Of a stretch of DNA of 13,053 nucleotides, positions 7,888 through 13,053 are shown in pieces. Both the position numbers and the translations under genes were made by a program. Source of the stretch: Deinococcota bacterium. GTDB taxonomy: Bacteria > Deinococcota > Deinococci > Deinococcales > Thermaceae. Every line of letters starts with the position of its first letter. Positions within the stretch are counted from its first letter, which is position 1. The notes below the pieces were generated by a model, which worked only from the letters and a program-made list of their open reading frames with translations, searched no databases and was not told the origin of the DNA. The stretch is from contig JBGFRI010000016.1 in NCBI GenBank assembly GCA_041695225.1, positions 1 to 13,053 of the forward strand, read 5' to 3'.

Positions 7888-7951
7888 GGCTCGCACAGGC
7901 GGGCTCTACCTCGAGTGCGCAGCAAGTCGGCTTCAAGGGTGCTGGCGTCAA
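7888..7951 (-). repeat. Diverged 64-bp direct copy of the 5' part of the PIN gene (6623-6686)
   Basis: 56/64 identical by manual alignment; encodes DASTLEADLLRTRGRARLCEP versus DASTLVAELLRTRGRARLREP. Confidence 0.9.
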
Positions 7952-7954
7952 ATG

Positions 7955-8016
7955 GCCGATAGCTGATAGCCAATAGCCGAAAGCTGATAGCTTTTGACCT
8001 GAGACCTGAGACCTGT
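7955..8016. repeat. Two adjacent heptamer tandem arrays
   Basis: GCCGATA GCTGATA GCCAATA GCCGAAA GCTGATA GC (7955-7991), then GACCTGA GACCTGA GACCTGT (7996-8016). Confidence 0.9.
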
Positions 8017-8052
8017 AACATTCTATGTGTAGCTCAAGACGGTAGATACCCA

Positions 8053-9009
8053 TCACCCACCGGGTGCGGGCAGCTGCACCTGGTCGGGGCCAACCCTGGG
8101 CTTGCGTACCAGCAGCACCGGCTGCTTGGCCAGGTGGGCTACGTCGCGGGCCACGCTACCCAGGAAAAACTGCTTCCAGCCACTGTGGCCGTGGGTACCC
8201 AGTACAATCAGGTCTACCTTTAGCTCCTCGGCCACCTCGCGGATGCGCTGGCTGATCAGGTGGTGCTGGGCTTCGCGCAGGATAGGCTCTTTTTTACTGC
8301 AGTGGGTGCATTGCAGCATGGCTTCTTTCAGTATGAACTCGCCATGTTCGCGCAAGCGCTGTTGCTCTTGCTCCAGATGGCTTTGCAGCTGGGCGAAACT
8401 GGTATACATCCAGGGTCGCCCTACCCCTGCCGTCATCTGGGTGAGATCCGGCACCATGTGCAAAAGCGAGAGCCGGGCGTCTAGCTGGCCTGCCAGTCTG
8501 TCGGCATGCCGCAGGGCTTCCTGGGAGTAGTCACTGCCGTCGGTGGCCAGCAGGATATGTTTTAACTTTGAGGGTTGTTCCCCATCCCCACCCCGTACCA
8601 GCAGCACTGGCAGCGGCCCCAGCCGGGCCACCCGTTCGGTTACGCTGCCCAGTAGCAGGCGGGGTAGCCCGGTGCGGCCATGGGTTCCCAGCACAATCAG
8701 GTCACAGCCTCGAGCCAGAGCCGTATCGAAAATTGCCTCGGCGACCTCCCGACGCTGTTCTAACTGCATAATGGCGGGGATGTGCTGGCGGCGGGCTTCG
8801 CTCTGCCACTGCTGAAGCAGGGCCATGCCTACCGTCCGGGCCTGGGCCAGGGCCTCGTCATAATCGCGTAGCTCCTGGTAGCGGTGGGGCTCCACCACAT
8901 GCACCAGCACGACCTCGGCCCCGAGCCGACCCGCAAGCGCCAACCCTACCCCGGCGGCGTGCTGGCTGGGGGGAGAGCCGTCCAAAGGAAGCAGGATTCG
9001 CTTGTACAT
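8053..9009 (-). CDS. Universal stress protein with two tandem UspA domains
   Basis: MYKRILLPLDGS...DLIVLGTHGRTGLPRLLLGSVTERV and LKHILLATDGS...DLIVLGTHGHSGWKQFFLGSVARDV; AAAGGAG RBS. Confidence 0.95.
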   Translation of the reverse strand: MYKRILLPLDGSPPSQHAAGVGLALAGRLGAEVVLVHVVEPHRYQELRDYDEALAQARTVGMALLQQWQSEARRQHIPAIMQLEQRREVAEAIFDTALARGCDLIVLGTHGRTGLPRLLLGSVTERVARLGPLPVLLVRGGDGEQPSKLKHILLATDGSDYSQEALRHADRLAGQLDARLSLLHMVPDLTQMTAGVGRPWMYTSFAQLQSHLEQEQQRLREHGEFILKEAMLQCTHCSKKEPILREAQHHLISQRIREVAEELKVDLIVLGTHGHSGWKQFFLGSVARDVAHLAKQPVLLVRKPRVGPDQVQLPAPGG

Positions 9010-9168
9010 TTCAGCTCCTTTCGATAATAGCTGCGGGCGTTCTCGGCTGCTCCGGTGCCCTGCAATTACACCAGCTACAGCTACCTGGCATATATCAGTC
9101 TATAAGGCGACTCTGGGCCACTTGTCCCTCAGTGAGCCCGTCGAGGTTCATAAAAGTCTGGACAGAGG

Positions 9169-9197
9169 TTGATAGATTGCCGCCCTGCCTTTATACT
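9169..9197 (+). promoter_or_regulatory. SigA-type promoter of rplJL
   Basis: TTGATA (9169-9174)-N17-TATACT (9192-9197). Confidence 0.75.
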
Positions 9198-9204
9198 GGC
9201 TGCT

Positions 9205-9290
9205 TGGCACTCTTATGAGTGGCCCCAGACAGCGACGGGCCCCGAGGCCTTAATCATGTCGCCGAGGCGCTTGTAGGGAAGCGTTTTTCG
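9205..9290 (+). ncRNA. Ribosomal protein L10 leader (autoregulatory cis element)
   Basis: AGACAGCGAC...GGCC-CCGA-GGCC-TTAA...GTCGCCGAGG matches the L10-leader kink-turn architecture (GCGAC/GTCGC stem, conserved TTAA) and lies upstream of rplJ. Confidence 0.8.
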
Positions 9291-9366
9291 CAGCATACAG
9301 TTCGGATCACCCTAAATCCGGGTAGTGATCGCTCGCTTTAGCATTAGCAGCAGAAGTGGAGGAAGT

Positions 9367-9900
9367 TTGCCCAGCAAACGCAACATCGAACACCTGAAGG
9401 CGCTCACCGTAACCCTCAAGGGTGCGGGAGGCTCGTTCTTCGTGGTGAACTACCAAGGGCTCAAGGCAGGCCACACCGGCAAGCTCCGCAGGGCGGTGCG
9501 GGAAAAGGGCGGCGAGATCGTCGTCGCCAAAAACACCCTCATTCGCAAGGCCATGAGCGACCTGGGGTTGCCAGCCATCGAGGGCTTGAGCGCCCCTTCA
9601 GCAGTGGTAATATTCAGGGACCCCGCCGGAGTTGCCAAAGCCCTCAAGGAGTTCGCCAGGACGAACGATAAAGGCATTCCCACCCTCAAGTCGGGTGTGC
9701 TCTCGGGACAGGCCCTTACCGGCCAGCAGGTAGAGACCCTGGCCAGTCTTCCCAGCCAAAAGGAGCTGCAAGCCGAACTCGTTGGTGTGCTGTCTGCCCC
9801 CATGTCGAACCTGGTGGGGGTGCTGGGGGCAAAGGCCCAGGAATTGGTTGGCATCCTTGATGCCCAGGTTCAAAAACTACAAAAACTAGAGGCCGCATAG
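9367..9900 (+). CDS. rplJ: 50S ribosomal protein L10
   Basis: TTG start after GGAGGA; VVNYQGL...LRRAVRE...VAKNTL...[21 protein letters not shown]. Confidence 0.97.
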   Translation: MPSKRNIEHLKALTVTLKGAGGSFFVVNYQGLKAGHTGKLRRAVREKGGEIVVAKNTLIRKAMSDLGLPAIEGLSAPSAVVIFRDPAGVAKALKEFARTNDKGIPTLKSGVLSGQALTGQQVETLASLPSQKELQAELVGVLSAPMSNLVGVLGAKAQELVGILDAQVQKLQKLEAA

Positions 9901-9937
9901 GCCAGTGGGCCGATCTCGGCCCAGCAGGAGGAAAAAT

Positions 9938-10318
9938 ATGGCTCTCGATATCGCTGCGATCAAATCCCAACTCTCTGGCGCTACCGTGCTGGAGCTCAAG
10001 CAACTCATTGACGAACTAAAAGAAGAGTGGGGCGTGACTGCCGCTGCTCCGGTGGCTGTGGCCATGCCGGGTAGTGCTGCTGGGGCTGCCGCACCTGTAG
10101 TTGAAGAGAAGACCGAGTTTGATGTGGTGCTCAAGGAAGCGGGCGCACAAAAGCTCAACGTGATCAAGGAACTGCGCGCCATTACTGGCCTGGGCCTTAA
10201 GGAAGCCAAAGACCTGGCCGAAGCTGGCGGCAACGTCAAGGAAGGCATTTCCAAAGACGAGGCCGAGAAAATTAAGAAGCAGCTCGAGGGTGCCGGCGCC
10301 AAGGTCGAACTGAGATAA
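9938..10318 (+). CDS. rplL: 50S ribosomal protein L7/L12
   Basis: ATG after AGGAGG; Ala-rich hinge, [39 protein letters not shown]. Confidence 0.98.
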   Translation: MALDIAAIKSQLSGATVLELKQLIDELKEEWGVTAAAPVAVAMPGSAAGAAAPVVEEKTEFDVVLKEAGAQKLNVIKELRAITGLGLKEAKDLAEAGGNVKEGISKDEAEKIKKQLEGAGAKVELR

Positions 10319-10331
10319 GTTTTGCCCCAGC

Positions 10332-10360
10332 AAACCCCCAGGCCAAAGCCTGGGGGTTTT
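10332..10360 (+). terminator. Intrinsic terminator after rplL
   Basis: AAACCCCCAGGC-CAAA-GCCTGGGGGTTT perfect 12-bp stem ending in a T-run. Confidence 0.88.
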
Positions 10361-10456
10361 GCGTATGGACCTGGGCGAGATTTGCCCGTGCAGCCGGACC
10401 TGGGACTACCCGACCCGGTCTCGACGTGGGAAGCCCGAGCCGTTAGCCTAGAGCCG

Positions 10457-11212
10457 ATGAATTGGCTAAATAACATCCGGGTGGTGCTGGTGGGGAGCCA
10501 AGAGCCGATGAACATTGGTGCAGCCGCCCGCGCCATGCAAAACTTCGGAATAGCGCAGTTGTGGTTGGTGGCCCCAGAACCACGGGTATGCCAGGACCTG
10601 GCCCTTCATCCTGCTGGCTCGCTGGCCTACCGTCTGGCGGTACATGCCGAGGAGATTCTGGACAGCCTGACCATGGCCGAAACCCTACCCGCAGCAGTCG
10701 CCGATGCCCGCCTGGTGGTGGGAACCACCGTGCGCGAACGCGAAATTTATACTGGGGCCGTGTTAGACCCCAGGGCGATGGCCCAGCGGGTGGCAGAAGT
10801 GGCGCCACAGGGTAAGGTGGCGCTGGTGTTTGGACGCGAAACCTCGGGGCTTACTACCGACGAAATTGACCTCTCGCAGATGATTGTGCGAATTCCTACC
10901 TCTCCCAAGCAGTCCAGCCTGAACCTGGCCCAGGCCGTCTTGCTGTTGTGCTACGAGGTTTTTAGTGCGGCGCTGGTCCCCCCCGAACCTGCCAGGGCCC
11001 AGCTAGCCGACCAGGCAGCCCTGGAGCAGCTCTTCGACGATCTGCGCGAATACGTCTTTCGCATCGGGTTTACCGACGAAAAACGCCTGCCCTACGCAGT
11101 CCGGCGCTTCCGACGGCTGCTCTACAAAGCCCAGCTAACCCCTGGCGAGGTACAGTTTTTGCGGGGTTTCTTACACCAGAGCCGCTGGTATGCCCAGCAT
11201 GGTAAGCGCTAG
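10457..11212 (+). CDS. SPOUT RNA methyltransferase, TrmJ/LasT family
   Basis: Start at 10457: NIRVVLV...PMNIGAAARAMQNFG, VVGTTVR, ALVFGRETSGLTTDE, IPTSPKQSSLNLAQAVLLLCYE. TAGCCT lies 7 nt upstream of the ATG, suggesting a leaderless transcript. Confidence 0.92.
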   Translation: MNWLNNIRVVLVGSQEPMNIGAAARAMQNFGIAQLWLVAPEPRVCQDLALHPAGSLAYRLAVHAEEILDSLTMAETLPAAVADARLVVGTTVREREIYTGAVLDPRAMAQRVAEVAPQGKVALVFGRETSGLTTDEIDLSQMIVRIPTSPKQSSLNLAQAVLLLCYEVFSAALVPPEPARAQLADQAALEQLFDDLREYVFRIGFTDEKRLPYAVRRFRRLLYKAQLTPGEVQFLRGFLHQSRWYAQHGKR

Positions 11213-11341
11213 TGCTCAGACTGGGGGGTCGAATATCTTTTGCCGCAGGGCTGGGATGACTATAAGCGATCATTAGCGCAAACCGGATGGTTTGGCATAA
11301 GGCATGGCAAACTTTACCAATCTGAGCATACAATCAAGGGT

Positions 11342-11668
11342 ATGAAAGCCTACCTGGGCGTCTACACCGCACGACTGGAAATGCCCTGGGTGAAAAGCCT
11401 CAAGGAAAAACGCGCCCTGGTCAAGCCGGCCATCGAGCGTTTGCGGACGCGCTTTCCCGTCTCGGCGGCGCGGCTGGCCGGGCAGAATGACTACGGCTGG
11501 GAGGTGGTGGGCTTCAGCCTGATCGGCCACGATGGAGTCTGGGTCGAGACCGTGCTGCGCGAAGCCGCAGACTTTATCGCAGCACAGGCCGAGTACGAGG
11601 TGATACACTCGAGCTGGAGCATCGAAGAAGTTACCCTCGAAGACCTGCTGCCCACCTGGGCTACCTGA
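11342..11668 (+). CDS. DUF503 (YlxP-like) protein
   Basis: MKAYLGVYTARLEMPWVKSLKEKRALVKPAIERLRTRFPVSAA contains the SLKEKR family motif. TACAAT (11329-11334) lies 7 nt before the ATG at 11342. Confidence 0.85.
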   Translation: MKAYLGVYTARLEMPWVKSLKEKRALVKPAIERLRTRFPVSAARLAGQNDYGWEVVGFSLIGHDGVWVETVLREAADFIAAQAEYEVIHSSWSIEEVTLEDLLPTWAT

Positions 11669-11672
11669 ACCC

Positions 11673-11689
11673 AGTCTTCGGACTTTTTT
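11673..11689 (+). terminator. Possible weak terminator between convergent genes
   Basis: AGTC-TTCG-GACT with a UUCG tetraloop, followed by a T-run; the stem is only 4 bp. Confidence 0.4.
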
Positions 11690-12032
11690 ATGCTGGCTGC
11701 TGGGGGAGATCGGTCTTGGACTCCTCCTCGGGGGTTCGCACCACGAGTTCCCCGTCGCTGTGGCGTTCTACCCTGAGCCTCAACTGGGCAATAAGACCCC
11801 CAATCGCCGCGATGGCCGCCAGTTTAGGAGCCGCCAGAGTCAGCAAACCCCCCGCCAACACACCCACGGTCAGCGGCAGCGAAACCAATTCTTCGCCGTT
11901 GGGCTTGCAGATGGTAACCCGTGTGGCCGTAGCATCGCGCAGCAGTTCTTGAACCTTGCCAACCAGTTCGCCGCCCTGCACTTGTATCTCCTCCGCCCAG
12001 ATTTTTTCGTCAGGTTTGGGAGTGTTTTCCAT
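11688..12032 (-). CDS. DUF4342-domain protein (paralogue 2)
   Basis: WAEEIQVQGGELVGKVQELL...RVTICKPNGEELVSLPLTVG...AAPKLAAIAAIGGL...LRVER. Confidence 0.85.
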   Translation of the reverse strand: MENTPKPDEKIWAEEIQVQGGELVGKVQELLRDATATRVTICKPNGEELVSLPLTVGVLAGGLLTLAAPKLAAIAAIGGLIAQLRLRVERHSDGELVVRTPEEESKTDLPQQPA

Positions 12033-12047
12033 GCCATTCTCCAGCGT

Positions 12048-12356
12048 TCAATCCAGTCTGTCTTCGGGCCGAACCTCGGTGGTTGCACCCTCTTCGCGTT
12101 CGACGCGCAGCCTGACTCTAGTGGCTACCCCCGCAATCACCCCTAGCGCCGCCAGCACCGGGGCAGCAAATGTCACCACACCCCCCACCAGAATGCCAAC
12201 AGTGAGCGGTACCGAGAGGATTTCGTCGCCGTTAGCCTTGCAGATGGTAACCCGGCGGGTGTTGGCCTGTTGCAACAATTCCTTGAGCTTGTCTATAAGC
12301 TGGCCGCCTGAGACCTCGAGTTCCTCGGTCCAGGTCTTTTTGGATTCCTGGCTCAT
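12048..12356 (-). CDS. DUF4342-domain protein (paralogue 1)
   Basis: WTEELEVSGGQLIDKLKELLQQANTRRVTICK...SVPLTVG...AAPVLAALGVIAG...LRVER; GGAGGT RBS. Confidence 0.87.
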   Translation of the reverse strand: MSQESKKTWTEELEVSGGQLIDKLKELLQQANTRRVTICKANGDEILSVPLTVGILVGGVVTFAAPVLAALGVIAGVATRVRLRVEREEGATTEVRPEDRLD

Positions 12357-12378
12357 GGCAACACCTCCGCTTCCGATG

Positions 12379-12398
12379 TTATCATGCCGAAATGATAA
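12379..12398. promoter_or_regulatory. Perfect 7-6-7 palindrome upstream of the DUF4342 pair (candidate operator)
   Basis: TTATCAT-GCCGAA-ATGATAA, about 22 nt upstream of the start codon and overlapping a TAACAT -10 candidate. Confidence 0.5.
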
Positions 12399-12572
12399 AA
12401 CTGTCCGCTAAAGGAATTGGGTCAGGCCCAGACAAGAAAGGGTAGTTTCGTAGTCGGCAACACTATACAAAGAGAACAGGCATGGCGTGGAGAGGCAGGC
12501 CTACCAAGCAATAAGCTGAATGCCTGGGGATGCGGATGATTAATCCACAGACCGGGTGACGGAGTGCCGAGG

Positions 12573-12722
12573 CTTGTCCTGAGACTTGCCCTGAGCCCGT
12601 CGAAGGGGCAGTCGAAGGGATGGGGGTAATTGATCCATTCAAGAAAAGGTCATCGGCCTATCAGTTTACGAGGTGATTTGGATTGCTTTGCACCCGGAGC
12701 CTGCCCCGAGCCAGTCGAGGGG
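12573..12722. repeat. Short REP-like dispersed repeat (CYTGYCCYGAGC..GTCGARGG), including a nested copy
   Basis: Complete copy at 12585-12607 inside the split halves of another (12573-12583 and 12609-12619), a further copy at 12700-12722, and a related sequence at 9121-9146. Confidence 0.7.
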
Positions 12723-12933
12723 GTGCTTGCATTGCGCCTGGCTCGAAGCCCTTGACGCCCTCGTCTCTCCTCCTTAGTCTCTCACCCCGCAGGGCTTCTC
12801 CCTTTGTATGAAGTGATTTATTCTCGAGCGTTCTGGCCCCCTCCCCCCGCCATGCTGCGAGGGGGTTGCAGGCCACTCTTAGTCATTACGAAGAGGCCAG
12901 AGCCCCCTTCCTCCTCGCTGCGAGCAGGCCATC

Positions 12934-13053
12934 GATAATGGACCCCATAAACTGGACACGAAAACCGCAGGCTCTAAGCGACACTAGTTTATGAGAAAGA
13001 ACCACTCAGCCAGTTTCAAAGCGCAGGTTGTCCTGGAACTGCTCAGGGAAGAA
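12934..13053 (+). mobile_element. Left end of an IS3-family insertion sequence
   Basis: IRL-like TAATGGACCCCATAAACTGGACA, followed by an OrfA start at 12991. Confidence 0.8.
12991..13053 (+). CDS. IS3-family transposase OrfA N-terminus (runs off the window)
   Basis: MRKNHSASFKAQVVLELLREE matches the HTH_Tnp_1-type 'RK.HS..FKA.V.LE.L.E' start. Confidence 0.82.
   Translation, partial: MRKNHSASFKAQVVLELLREE

Noticed and set aside
7734..8021. N-terminal extension of the 188-aa ORF 7455..8021, suggesting a PIN-AbrB fusion
   Set aside because: It runs through heptamer repeats, the duplicated PIN fragment and a clear promoter; the AbrB gene is better started at 7733.
10322..10456. 45-aa N-terminal extension of the SPOUT methyltransferase
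   Set aside because: It overlaps the rplL terminator; family homology and a -10 box support a start at 10457.
10450..10512. 12-bp direct repeat AGAGCCGATGAA
   Set aside because: Two short copies, one within conserved coding sequence (EPMN); likely chance.
12573..12722. CRISPR array
   Set aside because: The repeats are few, nested and irregularly spaced, with no uniform spacers and no cas genes.

Overview
GC-rich bacterial window, most consistent with Deinococcota/Thermaceae (Meiothermus-like). This is an inference from the stand-alone rplJL operon, leaderless TANNNT-N7-ATG starts and protein style. The window has two halves. Bases 1-~9100 are a decayed accessory stress/defence patch: the right end of a probable IS1634-family element abutting a universal stress protein gene, an alcohol-dehydrogenase relic, an ABC-2 exporter pair, a CtpF/PacL-like P-type ATPase, and two tandem PIN-type toxin-antitoxin operons. 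The downstream TA operon is ATGA-coupled to a pseudogenised DUF1156 methylase N-terminus that the ORF track misses. This half also has a partial duplicate of a PIN gene, heptamer tandem repeats and a two-domain USP. Bases ~9170-12400 look like core genome: promoter and L10 leader, rplJ, rplL, a terminator, a TrmJ/LasT-like SPOUT methyltransferase, DUF503 and two tandem DUF4342 paralogues. The window ends in nested short repeats and the left end of an IS3-family element. All family calls come from motif recognition by eye; no database search was run.
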